Positions 23,101 through 34,038 of a stretch of DNA of 51,677 nt are shown here, piece by piece. A program made the translations under genes and the position numbers. A model generated the notes under the pieces. That model was not told the origin of the DNA. It searched no databases and worked only from the letters and a program-made list of their open reading frames with translations. The stretch is from Octopus bimaculoides (taxonomy: Eukaryota), in NCBI RefSeq assembly GCF_001194135.2, contig NC_068991.1, positions 80,807,745 to 80,859,421 of the forward strand, written 5' to 3'. Each line of letters begins with the position of its first letter. The stretch's first letter is position 1.

Positions 23101-24047
23101 NNNNNNNNNNNNNNNNNNNNNNNNNNNNNNNNNNNNNNNNNNNNNNNNNNNNNNNNNNNNNNNNNNNNNNNNNNNNNNNNNNNNNNNNNNNNNNNNNNNN
23201 NNNNNNNNNNNNNNNNNNNNNNNNNNNNNNNNNNNNNNNNNNNNNNNNNNNNNNNNNNNNNNNNNNNNNNNNNNNNNNNNNNNNNNNNNNNNNNNNNNNN
23301 NNNNNNNNNNNNNNNNNNNNNNNNNNNNNNNNNNNNNNNNNNNNNNNNNNNNNNNNNNNNNNNNNNNNNNNNNNNNNNNNNNNNNNNNNNNNNNNNNNNN
23401 NNNNNNNNNNNNNNNNNNNNNNNNNNNNNNNNNNNNNNNNNNNNNNNNNNNNNNNNNNNNNNNNNNNNNNNNNNNNNNNNNNNNNNNNNNNNNNNNNNNN
23501 NNNNNNNNNNNNNNNNNNNNNNNNNNNNNNNNNNNNNNNNNNNNNNNNNNNNNNNNNNNNNNNNNNNNNNNNNNNNNNNNNNNNNNNNNNNNNNNNNNNN
23601 NNNNNNNNNNNNNNNNNNNNNNNNNNNNNNNNNNNNNNNNNNNNNNNNNNNNNNNNNNNNNNNNNNNNNNNNNNNNNNNNNNNNNNNNNNNNNNNNNNNN
23701 NNNNNNNNNNNNNNNNNNNNNNNNNNNNNNNNNNNNNNNNNNNNNNNNNNNNNNNNNNNNNNNNNNNNNNNNNNNNNNNNNNNNNNNNNNNNNNNNNNNN
23801 NNNNNNNNNNNNNNNNNNNNNNNNNNNNNNNNNNNNNNNNNNNNNNNNNNNNNNNNNNNNNNNNNNNNNNNNNNNNNNNNNNNNNNNNNNNNNNNNNNNN
23901 NNNNNNNNNNNNNNNNNNNNNNNNNNNNNNNNNNNNNNNNNNNNNNNNNNNNNNNNNNNNNNNATCCCTTGTCCACAATGTTCCCGTATGTTTCATGCAA
24001 CCATTGGATTGCAGAGCCATCTGCGGTTCAAACACCCAGGAAAATGA
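20165..24047 (+). pseudogene. LINE polyprotein: APE endonuclease + reverse transcriptase + C-terminal C2H2 zinc finger
   Basis: TWNVRTL, LSETR, LLGDFNARVG, HLLDY, DCWTDH; APGPDNIP, NYRGISL, QCGFR, DLEKAFDS, KQGCVLAP, YADD (23013-23024); CPQCSRMF...SHLRFKH. Lesions: TGA at 20336-20338, LTR insertion 21865-22400, +1 frameshift near 22780. The gap 23052-23963 hides part of it. Confidence 0.92.
21865..22400 (-). mobile_element. Solo-LTR-like insertion (probably Ty3/gypsy) with tandem tRNA-Trp PBS modules
   Basis: 4-bp TSD CAGT (21861-21864 and 22401-22404). Minus strand begins TGTAGTAA, has AATAAA (22151-22156), and the core LTR ends CCTATA at 22047, followed by TGG-PBS modules. Confidence 0.82.
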
Positions 24048-24214
24048 ACTGGATTGCGAGCTCGGAAACACGAGACGCAGCCAACTACTAGAAAGGATTA
24101 TAATTTGCTACATCACAAACCAATTTGTTTCGCGTAAAGAATACATTTTGGATAATATACCCACTCTACTGACAAATATACGAGTACAACTTTTCCCTGA
24201 CTTATGGTCTATCA

Positions 24215-24425
24215 TCATCATCATCATTGTTTAACGTCCACTTTCCATGCTGGCATGGGTTGGACGGTTTGACTGAGGACAGGCAAATCAGGGGACTGCA
24301 CCAGACTCCAATCTGATCTGGCAAGTTTCTACTGTTGGATGCCCTTCCTAACGCCAACCACTCCAGGACTGTAGAGGCACGGGAGCCAGTCAGGCAGCAC
24401 TAGCATCGACCACGCTCGAATGGTG
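24215..24425 (-). mobile_element. High-copy SINE fragment ((GAT)n-tailed family)
   Basis: (CAT)n-tgtttaacgtccactttccatgctggcatgggttggacgg... Confidence 0.8.
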
Positions 24426-24949
24426 CTATAGCGGCTGTCGTTGGCTGTTCAAATGTGTGACACACTAGATGATGTCCACTCTACACTACAAGGGTGCTCC
24501 CAACCGGTGAAAGTAATAAACATGACAAGGAAAGCGAAGTAACGGTGCTCCGTGACCGAAGTCCTTTGTGATATTTGTTTTGCACTGAGCCAGAGTCTCC
24601 CTTGTCACTGACACTGCCGTCAAAATTGCAGTTAATCAGCGACTGACTGGTTGGTTAACTGTAAACTTACATTATTATATCTATAATTCAGGCACAAGGC
24701 CAGCTTTTTGGGGGAAAGGTGATAGACAATGCCTTCGAAACCAGTACGTGACTAGTACTGATGTCAGCGGGGATTAAACTCAACGTGTAAAGAGGCGAAA
24801 CAAATAGCGCAAGGGATTTTTTCCAAAGCGAGGCTCTCATGATTCAACGTTACAATAAATAATAAATAAACACAATTATTAAAACTGCAAACAAAAAAAA
24901 AGAAAGAAAAAGAGGGGAAAAAGAAAAGACTAGTTGATCGGTTATGAAT

Positions 24950-25305
24950 AATCGTCGCCGTGACACTCCGTCGGTTACGATGACGAGGGTTCCAGTTGAT
25001 CCGATCAACGGAACAGCCTGCTCGTGAAATTAACGTGCAAGTGGCTGAGCACTCCACAGACATGTATATCTTTAAGCGCGACACAAAATGTGACAAGGCT
25101 GGCCCTTTGAAATACAGATACAAGAGTGAGAGAAAGTTGTGGTGAAAAACTAGAGCAGGGTTCGCCACAAACCTCATAAAACTTTGGGTGTTTTCGCTCA
25201 ATAAACACTCACAATACCCAGTCTGAGAGTCGAAACCGCGATCCTACAACCGCGATCCTACAACCGCGAGTCCACTGCCCTAACCACTGGTCCATTGCGC
25301 TTGCA
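24950..25305 (-). mobile_element. tRNA-headed SINE with internal 14-bp tandem duplication
   Basis: Minus strand head gcgcaaTGGACCAGTGGttagggcagtggactcgcgg...GGTTTCGACTC (A/B boxes); CCGCGATCCTACAA twice at ~25237-25264. Confidence 0.65.
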
Positions 25306-25973
25306 CTATGTCTCGTATAAATATAAGGCGAGCTTTCTTTCACCTTGAATACAATGAATACATTTTATTAGTTGCATCCAGTAGGTAGGACAAGAAGAGT
25401 GTTTTTTCGAATAGTAACCGAAACAAATAAACTAGGAGTGGAAGAGAGGTTGTTCAATAAATAATATATAATAGACAGGTGTAATCGTTACGTGGTAATC
25501 GAGGCAATGTAAGTAGAAAGACATTGTAAATACTGCTTTATTCGATTCTCTTGTAAAATACAGAAGGTAATAAGTAAACAAGCTTTTCATTTATTATTTG
25601 ATTTAAAAGTAGTCGCACACAGACACATAAATGTTTTTGTGATTTAAGATAACATAAAAATGCCAGAGCAAATATTAAGAATTGTAATTGCGCATATTAT
25701 ACACGGGTATGTGTGTATGTATATACAGGTTTGGGGTTAGGGTTAGGGTAAATACAATTACACCAACCTTTTGGGTAAATTTTTACAATTAATTTTACCG
25801 TTTTTTTTTTGTATACATGTACACGATGTTAATATTAGTTTTACATTATACTTTTATTTTAGTAGCTGTTTGTAAGTGTATGGAGGGGTAAAACAGGAGC
25901 ATATTTACGTTTTTATTAATAATTGGCAGAAATTATTCTGTAATTTTTGCCGATTACTAATAAAAAAAAATAC

Positions 25974-26038
<65 letters not shown>

Positions 26039-26882
26039 GAACAAACACATACACAAAACACATGTATTTCTTATCTACTAAAAACAAATTTTGAGTTGTA
26101 CCCCGTTTATTTTTGTGTATTGTTTCACTCACTGACAGCTTAATTTGTTTTATCTAACAACCTGCCACGTTTTACAATCACGAGAGTTAATATAATTTCT
26201 TATCAGACACAGCAAAGAGGCGAACCTATATATATATATATATATATATAAATATGAAGTTTGCTATTTCCATGCAAACGACAGCAGTAGTAGTTTACAG
26301 AAACTGGTAAACCTGAAAAGAAAAACAAAAAGGGGAGAGAGTTATTAGTTCTATGTAAAAATAGCAATCCTTGCTAAGTTTTCACATAACTTGACAGCAC
26401 ATCAGGCCGTCTTCCTCTTTCGGTTTTTCTCTACTTGTACAACCGACCACCAGTTTATTCGGTTGAACTGACCCTACACAACAATTCTCATTTGATATTC
26501 AAGTTTCTCCACAAGAGAAATCGGTAAAAACATTGATTCCTCTTCAAACATTCAACTTAATTTTCTGGTGCTTTCAGTTAAAAACGGTGTTAACTGAAAA
26601 AGCATTAACCATGGATTTGTGGTGAGTAAGAATTTAATAGCAAATTTTCTTAGGTTTCCTAATTCTATCCCTCATTTTTATTATTATTATTCTGAATAGC
26701 TAGCTATTCAGAATCGTTAATACGCTGGACAAAGTGCTTAGCGATATTTCTTCTGATTTTATGTTCTGAGTTCAAATGCCGCTGTTGTCAATTTTGCCTT
26801 TTATCATTTCAAGGGTGACAAATTAGTATCAATGAAGCAATCGACTTGGCCCTTGTTTCAAAATTGCTGGCCTTGTGCCTCA

Positions 26883-26957
26883 GCCATTTGAGTCTGACGA
26901 GTCACTTGAACTGCTGAGCGCGATTTACAGGTGCGAAACCAAGTGTCACTCTATGGC
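26883..26957 (+). ncRNA. Type I hammerhead ribozyme (predicted)
   Basis: CUGACGA (26894-26900) and GAAA (26935-26938) cores, GUC cleavage triplet (26945-26947). Stem I GCCAU-UU-GAGU / ACUC-U-AUGGC; stem II G(U)CACUUG / CAGGUGC; 2-bp stem III with a 5-nt loop. Confidence 0.75.
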
Positions 26958-26971
26958 CGACCATAACTTTA

Positions 26972-27014
<43 letters not shown>

Positions 27015-27479
27015 ATTGCTTCATGGTTAAGGAAAAAGCAAGAAACTCCAAGTTTTTCTTTTGTCCTTACTTCCGTGATGTTTCATACAACAGAAATCAT
27101 GAATCTGAATGAATTTTTATCCACAAATTTCAATTTTTTATATTTTTACCCTGCAATTCGTTACCCTTTTCTTTCCCCACGAAGTACCGATAGGTATTCA
27201 GAAACAACATATATAGTTTTAATTCGATGTTACAGTTGCAAATCCCTCTTTTAATGACGATTCTGTCTGACGATTAGGTTAAAAGATTTAAGTGCTTACG
27301 GAACGTTCATCCATTTGTACTACAATTCAATCAGTAACCTATTTTCAACTGGAACATTTGTTAGACTCAATCAACAAGTGTTCGTCATTTACATACAGCC
27401 AGTTCACAAATATTTAAATAAGTTAAAGTCTGTCACAAGTCTATAGTTTCTTTAGGCTAGAGTATATCTTTGTGTCCGT

Positions 27480-28216
27480 AACGTTTACGTAATTGAAGAC
27501 TTTTCACCACCACGAGCACTGAAGTAATCACCGAGCCACCGTGGAGTTATTGTCAATTCCACTTTCATACATGAGCACAATGGGTCGTTTGCCCAAGGAC
27601 CTCAGGAATACAGGGGCGCAATTCCGATCTGTGTATTTTGTGGTTTGGTTTACTGTCAATAAATAAATACTGTAGGACCCACCGCATTGCTTGGGGACCT
27701 AGAATACTGCTAAGATAGTACTGGTTATTGTTCATTCACATTTTCAACTTAGTGGAAACACACACACATATATAAAATACATTTCTATGTATATTTAAAT
27801 CTATCTCCTTCTTTTCTCTGTTGTCACACTCTAAATCGAGAATGATATGGCTAGAGAAATTACTATTTTGCTCTTATTTTTCATCTCTAATGCTTCATTT
27901 GTACATGGGACTGCCGGGCGAAGGTAAAGACTACACACGCCCGGAGTTTAGGGTTTTTGTTACACTGAAAACGGGGTGGTGTGCGTATTCTTTACCTCCG
28001 CCGACAGTCGACCAAAGCTGCTGTCATACCCAGACTCGTAGGTGCTGCAGAATATTGTTGACAAAACTAATTTAATGGATTCGGGTCTTTTTTCTTTTTT
28101 CAAAATTCTTCGGATCTTTTTTAAAACGGGGGCCACATTTTTCATTTCTTCCATCCATTTCGATCGACTCGACAACTTCGTTGAAAACCCTCTATCGCAG
28201 TACTCGGTCCGAATCC
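27480..28216. promoter_or_regulatory. CpG-retaining candidate promoter / first-exon region between the divergent genes
   Basis: More CpG than the surrounding introns; + strand donor-like AAG|GTAAAG at 27923/27924 and - strand donor-like GAG|GTAAAG at 27996/27995. Right side lost in a gap. Confidence 0.35.
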
Positions 28217-29587
28217 NNNNNNNNNNNNNNNNNNNNNNNNNNNNNNNNNNNNNNNNNNNNNNNNNNNNNNNNNNNNNNNNNNNNNNNNNNNNNNNNNNNN
28301 NNNNNNNNNNNNNNNNNNNNNNNNNNNNNNNNNNNNNNNNNNNNNNNNNNNNNNNNNNNNNNNNNNNNNNNNNNNNNNNNNNNNNNNNNNNNNNNNNNNN
28401 NNNNNNNNNNNNNNNNNNNNNNNNNNNNNNNNNNNNNNNNNNNNNNNNNNNNNNNNNNNNNNNNNNNNNNNNNNNNNNNNNNNNNNNNNNNNNNNNNNNN
28501 NNNNNNNNNNNNNNNNNNNNNNNNNNNNNNNNNNNNNNNNNNNNNNNNNNNNNNNNNNNNNNNNNNNNNNNNNNNNNNNNNNNNNNNNNNNNNNNNNNNN
28601 NNNNNNNNNNNNNNNNNNNNNNNNNNNNNNNNNNNNNNNNNNNNNNNNNNNNNNNNNNNNNNNNNNNNNNNNNNNNNNNNNNNNNNNNNNNNNNNNNNNN
28701 NNNNNNNNNNNNNNNNNNNNNNNNNNNNNNNNNNNNNNNNNNNNNNNNNNNNNNNNNNNNNNNNNNNNNNNNNNNNNNNNNNNNNNNNNNNNNNNNNNNN
28801 NNNNNNNNNNNNNNNNNNNNNNNNNNNNNNNNNNNNNNNNNNNNNNNNNNNNNNNNNNNNNNNNNNNNNNNNNNNNNNNNNNNNNNNNNNNNNNNNNNNN
28901 NNNNNNNNNNNNNNNNNNNNNNNNNNNNNNNNNNNNNNNNNNNNNNNNNNNNNNNNNNNNNNNNNNNNNNNNNNNNNNNNNNNNNNNNNNNNNNNNNNNN
29001 NNNNNNNNNNNNATTCTATCAGTCTCTTTTGCCGAACCGCTAAGTTACGGGGACGTAAACGCACCAGCATCGGTTGTCAAGCGATGTTGGGCGGACAAAC
29101 ACAGACACACAAACATATACACACACATACAAATATATACATATATATACGACGGGCTTCTTTCAGTTTCCGCCTACCAAATCCACTCACAAGGCTTTGG
29201 TCGGCCTGAGGCTATAGTAGAAGACACTTGCCCAAGGTGTTACGCAGTGGGACTGAACCCAGAACCATGTGGTTGGTAAACAGCTACTTACCACACAGCC
29301 ACTCAATTAAAATATAATTAGGACTATAAAAAAGTATAACTTGTCATTCCAGAACTACTGAAACGAGTAAGTAAATACTTTGAACTAAGTTACAATTTTT
29401 GGGTCTTGTTTTTCTCATTTGTAAAATGAGCCCCCCTCCCCCCCCCCATCAATGCAACTCTGAATTTTGATTACGATCAACCAATTGCTTTATCTCATAA
29501 ATTAAAGAATCTGATGTAATTTGGCATTAAAGTTGGGAAATTTGGGTAATTTTAGCCAATCAACAGACAGCTTGGCATTAGCACCTT

Positions 29588-29601
29588 GTTACCATGACAA
29601 C
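29588..29601. promoter_or_regulatory. Candidate RFX X-box GTTACCATGACAAC with nearby CCAAT (29556-29560)
   Basis: Close match to GTNRCC-N2-RGYAAC. Could belong to a repeat. Confidence 0.3.
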
Positions 29602-30253
29602 CACATGCTGTGTTGTGGTTTACTGTTGTCTCTGTTGCACTACTTATAATTATAAAATTTTTTATTGAAATAAATTTTTTGAACCATTATGATTTTAAGA
29701 AATGTTACTAATTCGTTTTTGTAATTCAAGAAAGTAAAGTTGCAAGTTTCATTTTTAATTACACCAGTTCATCACAATACATCATCATCATCGTCGTCGT
29801 CGTCGTTTAACGTCCGCTTTCCATGCTAGNNNNNNNNNNNNNNNNNNNNNNNNNNNNNNNNNNNNNNNNNNNNNNNNNNNNNNNNNNNNNNNNNNNNNNN
29901 NNNNNNNNNNNNNNNNNNNNNNNNNNNNNNNNNNNNNNNNNNNNNNNNNNNNNNNNNNNNNNNNNNNNNNNNNNNNNNNNNNNNNNNNNNNNNNNNNNNN
30001 NNNNNNNNNNNNNNNNNNNNNNNNNNNNNNNNNNNNNNNNNNNNNNNNNNNNNNNNNNNNNNNNNNNNNNNNNNNNNNNNNNNNNNNNNNNNNNNNNNNN
30101 NNNNNNNNNNNNNNNNNNNNNNNNNNNNNNNNNNNNNNNNNNNNNNNNNNNNNNNNNNNNNNNNNNNNNNNNNNNNNNNNNNNNNNNNNNNNNNNNNNNN
30201 NNNNNNNNNNNNNNNNNNNNNNNNNNNNNNNNNNNNNNNNNNNNNNNNNNNNN

Positions 30254-30800
30254 GTATCACTGGATACTTGGAGCCTGCCATTGTCAAAGAGTTCGGGAAG
30301 GTCGTTTTCCCTGTCGCCACTGGGGTCCATAGGGTCAAAGTTGTCTTCGACCCTTCCCAGTTGACTGTGGGAGCCAGTTACATTGAGCAACCTGGGGCCA
30401 CTATCCCCCAGGCCTCGCCGGATGGTATCTTCAATCCATCTGGCCTCCATGCCCGGGGGTAGCCCGCACACCCAGGCTCTTATTATTTTTCTCCCACTAT
30501 AAGTGGGGAGGAAGACAACCTTCTTTCTCTCCAAGGGTTTCTCCGTGAAGGTACAGGCTTCCTTGGGGGTACCAAATAGCAACCAGACTGTTGCAAATTT
30601 GTACCCCCAGGAAATAAATTTTACAGTTGGCAGGTATACTGCCAACTCTTTTTCAATGCAATCTTTGTTGAATTGAACGATAATGCTGAGCGACCTAGAA
30701 TAGGTCCTCAGCACCACCATCCGCTTTTCGAAATCTTTCAACCACTGTTTAGGTGGGACAATTTCCAACTCTACAACCTTGTCCTTGTTTTTTGCCATGT
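30254..30800 (-). mobile_element. Possible non-LTR retrotransposon ORF1 (L1/Tx1-like) fragment
   Basis: Open frame MAKNKDKVVELEIVPP...KFATVWLLFGTPKEAC...RAWVCGLPPGM with an RRM-like pattern, no splice structure, running into a gap. Family assignment is inference. Confidence 0.35.
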
Positions 30801-32639
30801 TTTTTTTTAAAGAAAAAAAGGTCCAAAAACAGTTCACACAACTGCATGTCCTCAGCATTTGGGGCCCATGCATCATACAGTCTACCTTTCACTCTGAGTG
30901 AGAGGCTCTTAGTTGCCAGCAAGAGGTAGGAGCCCACTGAACTTTGCCCAGCCCCGCCACCACCTCCATTTCTACCACCACTATTACCATCAACATTTCT
31001 CTCTTTCCCTCTCTCTCTCTCTACCTTTCCTTTCAACTAATCACATTCACTCTGCATCATGTCATGGATGCTTTCCTTCCCTCTTTTTCTCTCTCTCTCT
31101 CTCATTCCAGAAGGTGAAGTAAATAGATTTATTTTATATCAGTCTTCCACTTATAATGTATGTCTCTACTCATCTCTTTGTCTGCTAGTTTATCCCCCTT
31201 TCTCGCTATAATTCCTGTGAGTTAAGGTCATCATTATTGTCATCATCAACCAACTCTTTTTAGTGATTGTTCTTATAGGGGCTTCGTGTCTTGTTAATAG
31301 AAACCAATAGAGACACAGAATTGCTACATCATCATCATCATCATCGTTTAACGTCCGCTTTCCATGCTACGGAGATTAAAATATTTAATTATTGATCTAA
31401 AATTAAGCAATGTGATGTGATTATTGACTCTGATAAAATTCTTAACTCTAGTCTAGTCAAGTATTTTAGCAACCCACATGAAGACAAGAGGCAAAATTGA
31501 TCTTTGTAGGATTTGAACTCAGAATGTAAAAAGCCAGAAGACTTGCCTTTAAGCGTTTTGTCCAACATGCTAATGGTTCTGCCAGTTTGCCCCCTTATCA
31601 CTAATTATGATAATTGTTTCAAATTTTGGAGGCCAGCAGCTTTAGGGAGATGGAGTTAGTTGATGGTATTGACAATTTATTGATCCTTTAATGATGAAAT
31701 GCAAAGTTGACCTCTTTGGGATTTGAACTTAATGTAAAAAGCCACAAGAAATATCACTAAGCATTTTGTCCAATGTGCTAACAATTTTGCTACCTTACTT
31801 CTACTATTACTACTACTACTGCAATAATAAAAGAAGTGAAATAGAATTTGCGTGTGTGTATTTCTTATTGGCATTGTGATCCACCCAAGATACAACAAAC
31901 CACCCCCACTTACACAAGTCTGTCTTGAGCCCTAGTACACCTAAGGCTGGAGTATAACCCTGTTTCTATGCTGTATATGTGATGGAAATTACAAAATTCT
32001 CCACTGAATGGGACACTAGTTTGTTGCAGGAATAACTTCCCAGTTATTGTTGGAATTCATTTACAGCTGAGTGGACTGGAGCACCATGAAATGAAGTGTC
32101 TTGCTCAAGAACACAATGTGCCACCCAGTTTGGAAATCAGAACCAATGTCTTACAATCATGAATGCAACAGCTTAACCACTATGTCATGTGCCATGGCAC
32201 CACATGGGCACTTCTATGTGGCACTGCAGGGGCACTTTTACATTGATATTACCATGAGTGCTTTACACCACTAGCAGGATCAGTCTTAGAAACTTTTGCT
32301 GCAGGATTTGGGTCTTCTTGGTTATGGCAAGGCACCAGGTATCTCAGTCCTTTGTCATCTCGCCTGAAACGTTCAGCTTCCTGAGGTCATTCTTCAGTAG
32401 TTCATCCTATTTCCCTTCCTGGGTCTCTCACTTCCACATATACATAGGCACAACTGTGGCTGTGTGATAAAGGAGTCTGTTTCCGAACCACATGGTTTCA
32501 GGTTGTTCAATCCCACATGACACCTTATGCAAAAATAGAAAAAAAATGGGTATAAAACTGAAAAATAAGTGAAACAAAAATGTATGTATCATTATATAAT
32601 TTATTTTTTCTCTATTTTTCTGTTTTTCTTCTTAGGTAA

Positions 32640-32901
32640 ATGGAAAAGACTTCAATCATTAAACCTAGTCTTTGTAACTCTAGAAGGAAACTCTCTAGGA
32701 TACTTAATTCATTCAGTTTTCCGATGAAGATGTGGGCTGCAGGTTTTACTGTTCTCTGCGTTATGGTAGTTTGGCTCTCTACTGCTTACCGCTGGAATTA
32801 CCCTTCTTCCAAAGAAGGCAAATATATTTATGGCATCATGTTTGATGCTGGAAGCACTGGCTCTAGGATTCATATATTCAGTTTTAGCAACGATAATAAA
32901 G
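32640..32901 (+). CDS. ENTPD5: ENTPD5/6-like NTPDase (GDA1/CD39 family), first coding exon with hydrophobic anchor and ACR1
   Basis: Acceptor ttcttag at 32635, ATG 32640, WAAGFTVLCVMVVWLSTAY, YGIMFDAGSTGSRIHIF (ACR1), donor G|GTGAGT, phase 1. Confidence 0.93.
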
Positions 32902-33064
32902 GTGAGTATTTCAGATATGAACTGTTGACATTATTTGTATGCTTCTACTGTTATTATTTATTTATTCATTTATGCATCGTTATTCTTTGGTTAAATTCAT
33001 CCTTTTACTTGATGTAACTCACCCACTGTTTCACTCATTTGGTCAATCATTTTCACTAAGGTAG

Positions 33065-33119
<55 letters not shown>

Positions 33120-34000
33120 AAGTGAAAAATAATGAACTCTTTACTTTTTTTTTTTTTTCTAACACTGTGTTGTATTTCTTGCAGTGATTTGACAGACCTT
33201 TAGAAATTCTCTGCTGGTTCTTTTACATCTCATGCCTTACTCGTTTACACACATAAAAATGTTGAAATATTAATTCCTTTTCATTTTCAAATGCACTGAT
33301 TTTTGTCTTGCCATTACATACGTACATACATATATACATATATCATCAGCAGCATTTCACATCCATTGTCCATGCCTAGAACTGGTAAGCTGGAAGGCTG
33401 CACCAGACTCCAGTCTGATTTGGCATAGTTTCTATAATTGGATGCCCTTCTTAATTCCAACCACTTTACAGAATGTGCTGGGTGCCTTTATGTGGCACCA
33501 CACAGGTGCTTTTACATAACACTGCCACAGGCACTTTTATGTGACATTGCCATGAGTACTTTACATTACCAGAAGGATCAGTCTTAACGTTTCTGCTGTG
33601 GGATGTGGGTCTTCTTGAGTATGGCCAGGCATCTCTGACAAAGGTTCAGCTTCCTGAGGTCATTCTTCAGTAGTTCATCCCATTTCCCTTCCTGGGTCTC
33701 TCACTTCCACATATACATAGGCACAACTGTGGCTGTGTGATTTAGAAGTCTGTTTCCCAACCACATGGTTTCAGGTTGTTCAATCCCACAACATGACACC
33801 TTGGACAAGTTGTTTTCTATTATACCTCTTTGCTGACCAAAGCTTTGTAACTGAATTTAGTGGACAGAGTCTGAAAAAAGTCAATCGTGTTTGTGTGTGT
33901 GTATGTATTATTCCAGCGGGTGGGGTAACCAGTTTAAAAAGTTCCCAAAGAGCCATAGGCAAAACAAAATATATTTTTGCAGACTAACAATTATGATTAA

Positions 34001-34038
<38 letters not shown>

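Larger units (their letters stand above)
19341..24088 (+). mobile_element. Full-length RTE-clade (BovB-like) LINE, recently inactivated
   Basis: TSD TAGAAAAGATTA (19329-19340) / TAGAAAGGATTA (24089-24100). ~820-bp 5' UTR, single APE-RT ORF from ATG 20165 to TGA 24045-24047, short (CTA) tail. Confidence 0.93.

Noticed and set aside
27960-28175. Minus-strand ORF MSSRSKWMEE... as the first coding exon of BBOF1
   Set aside because: Its donor is phase 0 while exon 9656 needs phase 2, part of it matches a repeat motif also seen at ~19093-19125, and it has no similarity to BBOF1.
16159-30332. Long ORFs filled with X (e.g. 16159-17311, 18076-18766, 22843-24234, 28042-29209, 29823-30338)
   Set aside because: They are open only because N-gaps contain no stop codons.
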